Assembly (NCBI GenBank): GCA_001938485.1 | Contig: MQRK01245702.1 | Location: forward strand, 1 to 50,786 | DNA: 50,786 bases | Source: Girardia tigrina | Lineage: Eukaryota | Reading direction: 5' to 3' | The notes under the pieces: model-generated | What the model was told of the DNA's origin: nothing | The model's input: only the letters and a program-made list of their open reading frames with translations | The model's database searches: none | Shown: positions 10,684-21,647 of the stretch, piece by piece | How the letters are laid out: every line of letters begins with the position of its first letter | Position numbering within the stretch: the stretch's first letter is position 1 | Position numbers and translations under genes: made by a program

Positions 10684-11115
10684 GCTGCGTATCAGGGTAT
10701 GCTCAAGGATATCGCCAAGGACCCGAAGAAGATTTCCGTGTACGGTATCGATCTGAACGAGCAGACGCGCAGTGACATCAAGCGCGAGATTCTCAAGACT
10801 CCGTCAGCGCAGCTCGCACAGTCCCAGAAGCCGACCGAACCTGCCAAGTGTCCGTGGAGGTCGGCTCGGACCAAGGAGGGACTGATGTACTACTGGAACA
10901 TCCACACGAAACAGTCAACCTGGGACAAACCCGCTGATTTCGTCGAACAGGAACCGAAGGAATCCTCGAAAACGGCGACCACCCAATCGAAACGGGCCTC
11001 CGCAGCAGAATCAGTCCCGTCAGTCAAGAAACCGCGGATCGTGTTTAACAATGTCAAACCGAATCAAAAGACCGATGAAAACCAAAATTCGACTGGAGGT
11101 GTTAAATCGGATTAG
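10684..11115 (+). CDS. WBP4: WBP4 exon 3 with a WW domain (may instead splice out at ~11099)
   Basis: CAG acceptor at 10681-10683, phase 0. AAYQGMLKDI corresponds to human AALKAYQEDL. WW domain CPWRSARTKEGLMYYWNIHTKQSTWDKP. Stop TAG at 11113-11115. Confidence 0.85.
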   Translation, partial: AAYQGMLKDIAKDPKKISVYGIDLNEQTRSDIKREILKTPSAQLAQSQKPTEPAKCPWRSARTKEGLMYYWNIHTKQSTWDKPADFVEQEPKESSKTATTQSKRASAAESVPSVKKPRIVFNNVKPNQKTDENQNSTGGVKSD

Positions 11116-11306
11116 AAATTAATCGATTACAATGTACAGTTTTCTATTTATCCAATGAAATGTCTTTGTTATTTTTCGAAAATAAATTTTCCATTTTTGC
11201 TTGGTTTTTTGATTTCAATTTTATCAAGTGATTTTTCGGCTTGTGAGGATTTTAAAGACGATTGATTTAATTACTGAAATTAATCAATTTTTTAAAGTTC
11301 TAAGTT

Positions 11307-13704
11307 ATATTATATAAAAGCCCAGAGTTTCATCTACGTAACGCTCAATTATACACCGACTTATATACATACATACACTCATTAACACACTTACACACAT
11401 ATAAACATTAAATTCAGTCATTGAAATATTTGTACTGTAGGCTTCAATATCACAATACGAAATTTTATATAGGCTACAAACAAAATTTTAGGTAAACATC
11501 CAATGAAAATGGCAATGGAAAATCTATCGTTTCAGTAGACAGTAGCATTAATTATAGGATTTTCAACACTACTCCAATACATACTATATTCACACTTAAA
11601 TGCATGCAAGACACGCAACATCAGCAGTAATCGTTTCAGTACAGTATCATTAGATAACCCAGAACGGCATACACTACACAATTTTACGAAACATATCGAC
11701 AAATAAATTTTCATAGACACCACAACAAACTGTGCTGTAAGCAGTGGCAGCGAGTATGCTTATGTGTTGACATACATACTGCAACCAAAGTTGGAGACAC
11801 AAACACAGTGACAATTGTATCTTCTTGCATTAAAATCTTTGCGCAAAATATTCTTGCAAACATAAATATGTATAAACGCCTACTGGTGCTTGCATATTTA
11901 ATATTGTTAAATGAAACTCACAGTATCCAGAGTCACTAAACAGTGCATAATAAAGAATTTATTATTTCAACACACAAATAGGTCATCCGTATGAAATCAG
12001 GGTAGACAGAAAATTACAAATTTTCAAAATTTGGTTTTTAAATTTAAAACTTTACAAAAACAGAATTTCTTGTGAAATATCATTTAAATTCATTCACGAA
12101 AAATGTAACAAATTATTATATACAGGAGTGGCCATAAGTCACTTTACCCAGTTTTAATAATAATAAGCACAAAATTCTAAATGATACAACTTTTATTTAA
12201 TCAGCGTACAATAATAATTTCAAAACAAAAACTTGAAAACAATTAAATCTTATCTTCAAAGTGTTGTCCTTCAGATTTAATACACAACAGATTCGTCGGC
12301 ACAAGTCTATCGTTATTCAAGGCTGCAAATTTTGTAGTAAATCTTTCCTTCAACTCGGATATGGTTAGAACATTTTGTGAGTAAACGCGTTCCTTCAGGA
12401 TACACCACATTGAATAATCACAAGGTGTCAGGTCCGGTGATCGTGGAGGTCATTCAGTGGTTCCTCTCCTGCCGATCCACATTTCAAAAGTGTTATCCAA
12501 AAAGTCGCGTACATTTCTACCATAATGAGGGGGAGCACCGTCTTGCATCCAAACGTCGTTATCTATGTCAAGCTGAGGTACGGCAAAATCACGCAGCATG
12601 TCGAGATATAGCTGAGAATTGACCATTCCATCAAAGAAGCATGGACCCAGCACACCAGTTGAAAGTATTCCTCCCCATACACAAATTCCTGGAGAAAGAT
12701 TGTTGGTCTACCATACCAGATGAGGATTCTCAGTGGAGTAGTACACGGCATTATGTAAATTAACGTGACCATTCAACTTAAATGAAGCTTTGTCGGTTCA
12801 AATTATTCTCTCCCTGATGTCAATGTTCTCATGGAGTTGTAAAAGAAACCATTCGCAAAATTCTATGCGCCTGTCATAATCGTCATCATTCATTTGATGG
12901 AGCAAACGAGGTCGCTAAATTTTCAACTCAATGTCTTTCATTATTATACGTAAACTTGTGCGTGGTATATGCAACTGAAAACTTGCACGAACTGCAGATG
13001 TTGATGGCGCATTCTGATAGAAAGTTCTAACATTTTCTTTGTTTTCATCGGTATTCATATTGTTATGGCGCCCACTTCTTTTCTTGTCGGTTACAGAGCC
13101 GGTCTCGTGAAACTTTTTAGCCAAACATGCATTGATTGTCGTAATGGAGGAACGTCATTAGGATACTCTTTAGCAAATGCTGTAGCTACAGCTCTTGAAT
13201 TTCTATCATATTTTATCCACTGCTTTACTATAAAAATTCGTTGCTGAAGTTTACTTGTCGTTCCATGCAAATATTGCCAACAACAATGAACAAAATGAAA
13301 TAATTTTAAAAATTTTTAAATAAATAATTATTAAAACAAACAATTTTATCTGGTTTTTGTTTATAAATCATTTAGAATTTTGTGTTTATTATTATTAAAA
13401 CTGGGTAAAGCGACTTATGGCCACCCCTGTATATTAAACCCCAGAGTTTCATCTGTGTAACGCTCAAAGTTTGTTGTGATCATTTTTTTTGCTTTTGCAT
13501 GGCTTAATTTTTTAATCAATGCATAATAACTCCGGCTAATATGAAATTACAAGCCAAAAATAAGCAGCAGACTTTGAAAATAGTATCTAACACATGCAAA
13601 TAAAATATATTTATTTTAGAATAATTATGATTTTAAAATTAAAACAGAAATTTTCAAAGAAGGAAATTCAGCTCTTCCATAATATGTGACGGGTCTTTTT
13701 CTAG
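11307..13704 (+). mobile_element. Non-autonomous Helitron region with a duplicated 5' end, interrupted by a mariner-like element
   Basis: The 5' motif aaa.cccagagtttcatct..gtaacgctcaa occurs at ~11317 and ~13436 and is related to the 3987 element start. 3' end gtgacgggtctttttCTAG|T at 13701-13705. Confidence 0.55.
12123..13429 (-). mobile_element. Full-length defective Tc1/mariner of the rosa (DD41D)-like clade
   Basis: TA TSDs; ~60-bp TIRs caggagtggccataagtcactttacccag.... Motifs KRSGR and QDGAPPHY...WIGRRG..(W)PPRSPDLTPCD, with 40 residues between the last two Asp. Several stops and frameshifts. Confidence 0.9.
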
Positions 13705-13719
13705 TATAAAAGATTTATA

Positions 13720-15320
13720 CAGTCAAGTCTCGGTATGCCGAACGTCGATACAACAAAATCCTCGATATTACGAATTATTTTTATGAGATGTTTGGCCGGC
13801 CATTAAATTGTATTGAAATATTTTCGATTTAGCGAATTTTAAACTTTGATACAACGAAATTTTCGATATACGTTTGAAATTTTGATTGAAAATTTTGTCT
13901 CGATATTACGAAGTCAGAGTAGGTATATCATAAATATCAGGGGTGGCCAATGTTTTGAAAGTAGGCCACGGAGCTCATTTTGAAAAACTTGTTTTCATCT
14001 AATAAATGTTTGAAAATCTACATAACATAATTCATTCCTATAATAATAGATTATTTGTGAAACGCGCCCATATTGTCTATATATATCACATTGAATTATG
14101 CAAATAAATTTTAACATTGAAATTAATAATAAAAATAATGATATTATGAAAATAACAATTAGTCCTTGTTTTGTTGTATTATTTCACTTTAATTTACTAT
14201 TAGACAAGATTTTCAAACATTGAGTGAACTTAAAGATATTCCAGTTTTTTGTCATGTCCATTTAATGAAAACATAGATGTTGAAAGCGTAGCTTTGAAAC
14301 TACACAACTTTCTAAGTACTACAAATTTATCATTCTTGAAAAGCGAAATCGTAAATATTAAATGCGACATAAATCTTAAATCTTTCGTTTCAGATTATAA
14401 TTTTTGGAAACTGATAAATAAAGAAAAATATCCAAATATTTGCAAAATTGTCGCACATTTCAATGCTATTGGATTAACATGTTTATGTGAATCAGCATTT
14501 TCATTGACGAATTCAATCATAACAAGACATCGATCACAGTTAAGAAATCAACATTTGGAATAATTTTTAAGAAAGGCTTTAAGTTCATATGATCAAAATT
14601 TTGAAAAATCTGCATTATTTATGCAATGTCAGGTTTCGTTCAATTAAACATTTGTATTTATTTGCTTATTTACAAAGTATGTTTTTTTAGAATAATTAGT
14701 ATTTCATTTTACCAAATAAAAAAAATATAAGTACTATTTTTTTCTTTATACACAATAATATTTCTTAATTGAAATTTTTCGTTAATAATTTACTAAAATA
14801 TCTATACAAGATTTTAAAAATCCTAAAATTTTAAGCATGATTCATAGTCGCCCAAAACTATATTTTACTAAATAAGTAGCCCTTAATGGATAGAATTTTG
14901 ACCACCCCTGATATATATTATACGAAAAAATCGAAATAAATGATATAACATACAAAAAGATTTATGAAGCTTTTAAATTATAAATTTTAAAAAGGTTTTT
15001 ATTTGAAAAAAATTTAAAATGATTATGACCCAACTGAAGAAACGATCCTTGAAAATCGAATAAAGAATTGCAAAGCAGAGCAAAATAAGTGATTTTTCTT
15101 CATCATTGGTAGATTGTCTTTTTGCTTAATAGACATTTTGTATGTTTCCGGTTCATTGCATTACTTTCATTAAATATGCAACTCACCAATAGAAGTAAAT
15201 CACCTCCCAAATTAGAATTTCTGGCGGAATTCCTGATTGTACTGGAATTCTTATTATGATTTTCGATATAACGAATTCTTCTGCCAGTCATTTGAAATTC
15301 GTTATATCGACACTCAACTG
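13720..15320. mobile_element. pogo/Tigger-like non-autonomous element
   Basis: TA|cagtcaagtctcggtatgccgaa ... ttcgttatatcgacactcaactg|TA, with subterminal tcgata-acgaa repeats. Confidence 0.7.
13938..14910 (+). mobile_element. hAT (SPIN/Buster-like) deletion derivative nested in the pogo element
   Basis: TIR caggggtggccaa/ttgaccacccctg; 8-bp TSD ataaatat/atatatat. ORF 14249-14563 has FWKLINKEKYPN...TCLCESAFS...RSQL, and the C-terminus reads MQCQVS. Confidence 0.85.
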
Positions 15321-15529
15321 TACTTACTCTGTCTCACATTAATCGGTACATTCTTTTTATTCATGCAAGAATTTTTGCATAAGAAGAATTATTCCATTAA
15401 ATTAGAAAAAAAATACCAGTGATCTGTTATTAGTGATTTGTATCATTATATTAGCTTTAGGTCAATTGGTCCAAACAAATAAATTAACCTAACAAGAAAT
15501 TTGTTTAAAATTACGATAATGATAACGGT

Positions 15530-15859
15530 CTCCCACTTTCTAGATCAAGATGTGGAACTGTCATGGAAGTTTTTTGGAAAGATTGCCTAAGACAAAAAAA
15601 TTATGTTGAGGCATGGCATCGTGACTTTCTTTACCAAGTATCCGGTAATCATCCAAATATATTGGAAGTTTATCACTGCAATAAAAATGAACGGACACTA
15701 AACGACATAAATAGTGAACAATTTGTTAGTGGACAGACACTAGGAAGGAAAAAATATGTTGATTGTGCAGAGAGACTAAAAACAGTTATACAGACTTGGG
15801 ATGATGAAATGACTGACATATTTTTTTTCCGTGATGTAGCTCATAATGTGAAATATTAG
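15530..15859 (+). mobile_element. MULE (Mutator-like) transposase C-terminal remnant
   Basis: Frameshifted WNC...(P)KTKNYVEAWH..F...V.G.HPNIWKF...KKY....RL pattern typical of animal MULE transposase tails. Confidence 0.6.
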
Positions 15860-15932
15860 TACAGTCTATTCTTTGTCGATTTTATACAATTTTAATTTCA
15901 CTTATTGTTATGTTGATCGTTTTGTTTTATAC

Positions 15933-16353
15933 CAACGGTTCCCAACCTGGGGTACGCGAAAGGTTGCTTACGGGTACTCAAAAAAGTATTATGGGTAAAA
16001 ATGCTATTCAAATCTAGCCTAAAAACTCAAAAGAATCTTTAAAAACATTGCAAATGGTTATTTTCTTATAATAAAATTATAATTAAATTAATGTAATTAT
16101 AATAAAATAATTACATAATAAGAAATAGTACCGTATGCTGATTTTTTTAACACATTTATAAGGGCAAAATACTCGTCTAGTAAGCATAAAATTGTATAGG
16201 GTCACTCTTGATGACGCGTTTGGTTCTGCTCTCTAATTGGTTATCTGAAATTACTAAATGATTTCTTATATATGATTGTGTGTGTTAGGGGTACCCACTT
16301 AGTAAACAAACAGGTAGAGGGGTACTCTAATGAAAAAAGGTTTGGAACCGCTG
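15933..16353. mobile_element. hAT (Charlie-like) MITE
   Basis: TIR caacggttcccaacct / aggtttggaaccgctg; 8-bp TSD ttttatac/ttttagac. Confidence 0.8.
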
Positions 16354-16644
16354 TTTTAGACCAATTGGTCGGCTCCCCTTATATTATCTTCAGTTTACTC
16401 ACTTTTGTTGAGTTATAAGGACATTATTTTACTTAATACAATGGTGAATAGGAGAATTTTCGATTAGTTTCATGTTCTACAGTTTCTTAAAATTTTAAAA
16501 ATGAAAATAAGTAATTTTAAATTCTCCGCTAAACTTATGAGATATGTACCAATCATCTTGAGACAAAACTTTCACTCAAACTTACCGATTTCTTTTGACA
16601 AATGAAGTAATAAATAATTTATCATTAATAGTATTATATAATGA

Positions 16645-16680
16645 CTAGAGAGAACCCGTTTCGCCAAGTCTGGCGAATTT
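16645..16680 (-). mobile_element. Helitron 3' terminus
   Basis: On the - strand, hairpin ttcgcca-gact-tggcgaa followed by acgggttctctCTAG|T. Confidence 0.55.
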
Positions 16681-17013
16681 TAAACGAATCACTTTAATCA
16701 TCGTGAACTTCATACAAACAGAAATTTTATTATAGTATTAATTAGTTAAATATATTAATCATATCTGGAAAAACGGAAAGACTTCCGATCTGTCGCAACA
16801 CAAATTTATAATTCATAATTAATTGCATGAATAAATTATTAATAAATTAATTAAATAAATAAAATATTTTTATTTTGATGTCAAGTCTTAGAAAAATTTA
16901 AGCTATTGTTTTCTTCCTTATTTTTGTGTGGGGGGCAGATAGGAAGTAATGTAATGTATTTCATTTATCAATTTATTTATTAAATAAATTAATACTTTTA
17001 TTACCAAATTCAC

Positions 17014-17233
17014 CTACTTCTACTTCTCTAATCGTCGGCGAAGCAAGATTTTTGAACTCTTCTCTTCGAGTAGGTCTATGATCAATCGATTTTTCATCCA
17101 AATTCATCATATTTCCTTCTTTGGGTTTCGTATTGTTGATATTGATGTTTTTTGTATTTATGTTAAACCTTTTCATCGTTGATTCATCGACTTCCCCTCG
17201 TCGGATCGGTGGCGGATTCTTGATTAATCGGTT
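17014..17233 (-). CDS. Candidate isolated exon, unknown protein
   Basis: Open frame NRLIKNPPPIRRGEVDESTMKRFN...SPTIREVEV, bounded by a possible AG and a GTGAAT donor, with higher GC than the flanks. No homology recognised. Confidence 0.3.
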
Positions 17234-18369
17234 CTTTTGTCATTTAAAAAATAATTAAATTTGTTTTACTGAACTCCGGGAATTTCACACAGTCAGAATG
17301 ACATAAATAATTCTATTATAGTATTAATTATAGTAAAAGTGTGATTTTCATCGTAAATGTAAATCCTTTCCTTCTTAATTTGATAATAGTTTTAAATTAA
17401 TTTTGAATAATTAAAATATTTATTACTTAATCACACAAGACTCACAAGAGAATAAAATTTATAAAAAGTACAAAGAAACTAATATTTGTAACAATAATTA
17501 TATTGTGAATAAAATAGAGAATGAATGAATAATTAAGAAGTTTTTTTAGCAAATGATTTAGATAATCTTTCGTATAGATATGAAACAAAGTTTAATTAAA
17601 TCAACAAATCTAAATATTGTCTGTTATAATTCCTTGTATTACATTTCAAGTTTAAATAAATAAGCTCCTCACAGTATAGAAATTAATAATTCATTTCGAA
17701 ATCGTAAATTTTACCTTGTCATTTTTAGTTACAGGTTTATTACCTATCGTCATAAAATCTAACATTTACACGAATTTTACCAGTTCCTCTTATCGAGAAA
17801 AAGGATTAGAGAACCTTAATTCTTTCAGAAATGTTTCTTTCACATCAACTAACAACCTTAAACAATAGAAAACGGTAATATAACATATGTAAATTTCTTA
17901 AAGGGCTATGAGCATAGATACCTAAGTTAATAGAAGTTGAATTTTTCTAAGCTCTATTGACAACAAAATAAAATTAACTACGAATTATTTAACAGATGAT
18001 ATTCTAAGAAATAAATTGAAACATTAAAGCAGATCAGATGTGTTGCAAGCAAGAATTTATTGTACATATTTGAATTACTATATAAATGTGTTCATTATTG
18101 TTTTTCCTAACATCATGTGTTGTTGAAATCGACATTTAGAAAATGAAACAAATATTGGTTTCGAAACATAATTTAATGCGGTTTTTCAAAATAACAAAAT
18201 TATTAAAGATTACATGTTAAATAAAAAACCTATTGCTCAAAATTTTATTTAGTACTTTCCAAAACAGCATTCTAGCAAATTTTTTTATACCTCTACAAAA
18301 TCTTTTATGTCAAACCACGAAACGTTCTCACAGAGTTTGATAATAATTAGAAAAGTAGAAAATTCAACA

Positions 18370-18760
18370 TGCTAATTCAGGGGTGTAATAAGTATTAGGT
18401 AAAACATCGAACCCAGTTCTTGGATGATTATTTTTTTAATTGGAAACGTAGGGGCCAGTGTTGTTATACTGCAAAATGATATTATTGTGTATGTGAGGGA
18501 ATTTTCGCTCTACCAACCTGAAAACTCATCTCAACTCGACACAATAATGAGTGGAGTATTTGCTTTTTATTACGATTTCACATTTGTGCACCCAGCTCTT
18601 TCTTGGCTTGAAATTGACATGGATGTACCCTCTTTCGTTATCCGTCTTCAAAAGTTTGAGGAACCTCGCTAAACTAAACCCACCTGTCTTCCAAAGAAGT
18701 ATTTCCCATACAAACATCCAAGTTTTTGAATGTGGCAAACCATTTTAACCAGTTCTTTCG
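18370..18760 (-). mobile_element. Highly decayed mariner (DD34D) transposase remnant
   Basis: GLPHSKTWMFVW resembles GLHPKKVMLCVW. NIILQYNNTGPYV resembles ILQHDNARPHV. GFDVLPNTYYTPELA resembles GWEVLPHPPYSPDLA. Confidence 0.55.
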
Positions 18761-19105
18761 ATGATAAATCTGTCCATTGATGCTTCTATATACTTGGGCA
18801 GCCTAGATACTTTGGTTATATTTATATAAAAGAAAATGTCAGAGATGAAGTGCTTTTACTCTTGACATTCCATCTTCTATAAAAAAGTTTAAAATAATTT
18901 TAGTTAGATAGCAAAATTTCAAACACAGTTATAAAGTAGTTACACCTATGGTAGTTTGCCAATTAAGTTTGTCTAAGAAAAAATATCCATTTAAAAAAAC
19001 TGTACAAACTTGTTATAAAATAATACTTCGGTTTTGAAAATTAAATATTTTTCAAAAAATATTGTACTTTACATATAGATCACTAGCTATATGTCAGTAA
19101 TTCTC

Positions 19106-20305
19106 CTAGTGAGGGATACCACCTCTTGAGGTAAGCTGCATCATTTCAAGGACAGGGAAGGTCAAAAGTTCATTTGGAGAGAATAAATAACTGTAAAGCA
19201 TAAATAAAGAAGAACAGATTCATAAAGCTTAAAGTTTCTTTAAACAATGTACTCTTCGTTGAATTTTTATCTGCATATTCCATAAGTTGCATCGAATTAT
19301 GTGTACTTACACATTGCTACAGTTTTCATGGTACCACAGAATTTGCGTTCTAAAACACATGGGTTCTACCAACATTGTTGGTAACTGCCATACGTGCGAT
19401 TGATCAATCGCAATGCCAAAATCTGAGAAATTTAGCCAGTTCTCAAATTTAACAAGAATAGAAAACAAAGATAAGTACATATTTTCTTATTCCGAGTACT
19501 ATGATGCTCTCTATTTAGATTTTAATCAACGATTTCATGATACTTCGAAAATGAGTATTGTACCGGGAAACCACATATATTGATTTGGTTCTTCATCAGA
19601 TTGTTTGCCGTGCATTGGGCTTGTCAGTTCACCGGTCATATAATCACTGTGAGACGGTTCTAGTCCAGGAGGAGGTGGTAATCTTTGTGGAGCTTGCTGT
19701 TGAGGCGGATAACATTGTCCGGCATTAGAAAAAATAAGCTGCGATGATAGCTGCATCAAAGAATTGTTGATTGGCACTGCTCTGTTTTGAGTCGGTTGTT
19801 GTGACATTGACAGTTGGTTTTGTTGTTGATTGTTGCAACCGAAAAGTTGTGATGAAAATTCGGTCATTGATAAATACGGAATTAATGGGTTTGTAATAAA
19901 ACTTGATTTCTTAGAAGAGAAAATTTAAGACAAATTGTTTATTTAATTATAAAAATACTTTATTTAAACAATTAACAAAGCCAAGCTCAATAGATAATTA
20001 ATATTCAAACAAACAACTAATAATAGTAAAATCCACACTTTGTACAATTATTTGGTCGGTAAAAATTACAAATTGCTACCTAAAAATTTCTCTTAGCAAA
20101 ATTAAAGGCTTTATTTTAATTTATATTATAAAAAACTCTAAAGTCCATTCTTTATAAAATATCCTTTAAAAATAAACAATATTTCTCGTTGAAATAAATA
20201 ATTAAAAAAACGAGAATGTAGTGGCACACAACAATGAGCATACCTGATGGAACTTTGGATCCTTTTTGAAGTGTAAACACATGAGAATCTTCACAGTTAC
20301 AAGAA
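19106..20305 (-). CDS. Candidate spliced orphan gene (exons 20305-20244, 19909-19564, 19422-19311, 19190-19106): Q/P-rich region plus a small C-terminal domain
   Basis: Four stop-free exons are joined by phase-matched GT-AG introns (0, 1, 2), reading ...PPQQQAPQRLPPPPG...NQYMWFP|DFGIAIDQSHVWQLPTMLVEPMCFRTQILWYHENCSNV|YLFSPNELLTFPVLEMMQLTSRGGIPH*. The 5' end runs towards the 20485-20717 gap. Confidence 0.55.
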
Positions 20306-21102
20306 CTGATAGAATTAAATACAAACGATGAATTGAAATTTAAATTCAAAAGTGACTACTGTTTCACGATGAGCCTTCATTTGAATAGAGAAAGAGGGGA
20401 ATATTTGTTTTGATAGTCCAAAATGTCGACAGTTTGAATCGAGTTGTCACCTGTGATATTGAATGACAATTGTCAAACCAAGTGNNNNNNNNNNNNNNNN
20501 NNNNNNNNNNNNNNNNNNNNNNNNNNNNNNNNNNNNNNNNNNNNNNNNNNNNNNNNNNNNNNNNNNNNNNNNNNNNNNNNNNNNNNNNNNNNNNNNNNNN
20601 NNNNNNNNNNNNNNNNNNNNNNNNNNNNNNNNNNNNNNNNNNNNNNNNNNNNNNNNNNNNNNNNNNNNNNNNNNNNNNNNNNNNNNNNNNNNNNNNNNNN
20701 NNNNNNNNNNNNNNNNNTTGTAACCAATTTGTCAATGGAATGCGGAAATTTGGATAGTTATAAAACTGATTGTAAAGAGAATTTGTGACCATATTGAATT
20801 GTAAGAAAATTGGTTTTCGCAAAAATTGAACTTTTGAATTGTATAAATGGATTTTTTTTGTATATAGAAATGAAAAAAATTTATTTATGAATTTTCATCA
20901 AATACGTAAACTGAAAAAACAATTTTTTTTGAAAATTTTAAAAATTGAAAATTTGTTTAGTCGAATCAAATCATGTTTGTTTTGTTTAATTTGAATTGAG
21001 AATATTGGTACCAAAATGGGGATTTGTGGAATATTTTGAAAATAAATGGAGTTTCGCGTCTTGGTTAATTTTGAATTTTTTTTCGTTTATAATCGATATG
21101 AA

Positions 21103-21186
21103 ATGGCGTCTGGCGTTTTGAGTTCGTTGTCAGTTGAAGGTGACTGGACAACTGGAGATAATATTCGTCGCAAAAATGTACTTGCG
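21103..21186 (+). CDS. TCP1: T-complex protein 1 alpha (CCT1) N-terminus, truncated by a gap
   Basis: MASGVLSSLSVEGDWTTGDNIRRKNVLA, against human MEGPLSVFGDRSTGETIRSQNVMA. Only 28 aa are visible. Confidence 0.7.
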
Positions 21187-21309
21187 NNNNNNNNNNNNNN
21201 NNNNNNNNNNNNNNNNNNNNNNNNNNNNNNNNNNNNNNNNNNNNNNNNNNNNNNNNNNNNNNNNNNNNNNNNNNNNNNNNNNNNNNNNNNNNNNNNNNNN
21301 NNNNNNNCG

Positions 21310-21647
21310 CGATTCAGTTTGAGTGTCGTAACGACTCTCGACAACTATAAACCTAATATCGAGGAAATCATGATGGAAATAACAAAGCCCAGTTTGACTT
21401 GTCAAATCGCTATACTCGACATCATTAAAGAGCTATTGAATGAGTTGAAAATTCTAAATCGTTTTGTTGATAGTGAAGAATTTACAGTGGAAATTGCTAT
21501 CACGAATCTTTTCGATCGCATGATTCGATTATATTTCGATCCGGTGTGGAGTCAAATCATTTCACAGAGTCGCCGATTAATTCATGAGATTAAAGATTTA
21601 CGGCGATTAACATATCTATTAATTGAACAAGATCCAGTAATTTTTTT
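21310..21647 (+). CDS. ERCC4: DNA repair endonuclease XPF (ERCC4/Rad1/MEI-9), internal fragment between two gaps
   Basis: RFSLSVVTTLDNYKPNIEEI...QIAILDII...LNELK..N...FDRMIRLYFDPVW...IKDLRRL...D.V.F aligns with human [20 protein letters not shown]...QTAILDIL...LKELK..N...FDKTIRHYLDPLW...LKILRTL...DCVTF. Confidence 0.88.

Noticed and set aside
13740-13915. Regularly spaced tcgata-acgaa motifs resembling a CRISPR-like array
   Set aside because: Short, degenerate and irregularly spaced, with no cas genes. They are pogo subterminal repeats and the context is eukaryotic.
19311-19422. DFG motif suggesting a protein kinase
   Set aside because: No HRD, APE, VAIK or Gly-loop motifs in the surrounding exons.
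20364-20822. Several ORFs spanning the 20485-20717 gap, and similar X-filled ORFs at 4238-4574 and 46888-47097
   Set aside because: Artefacts of translating N runs.
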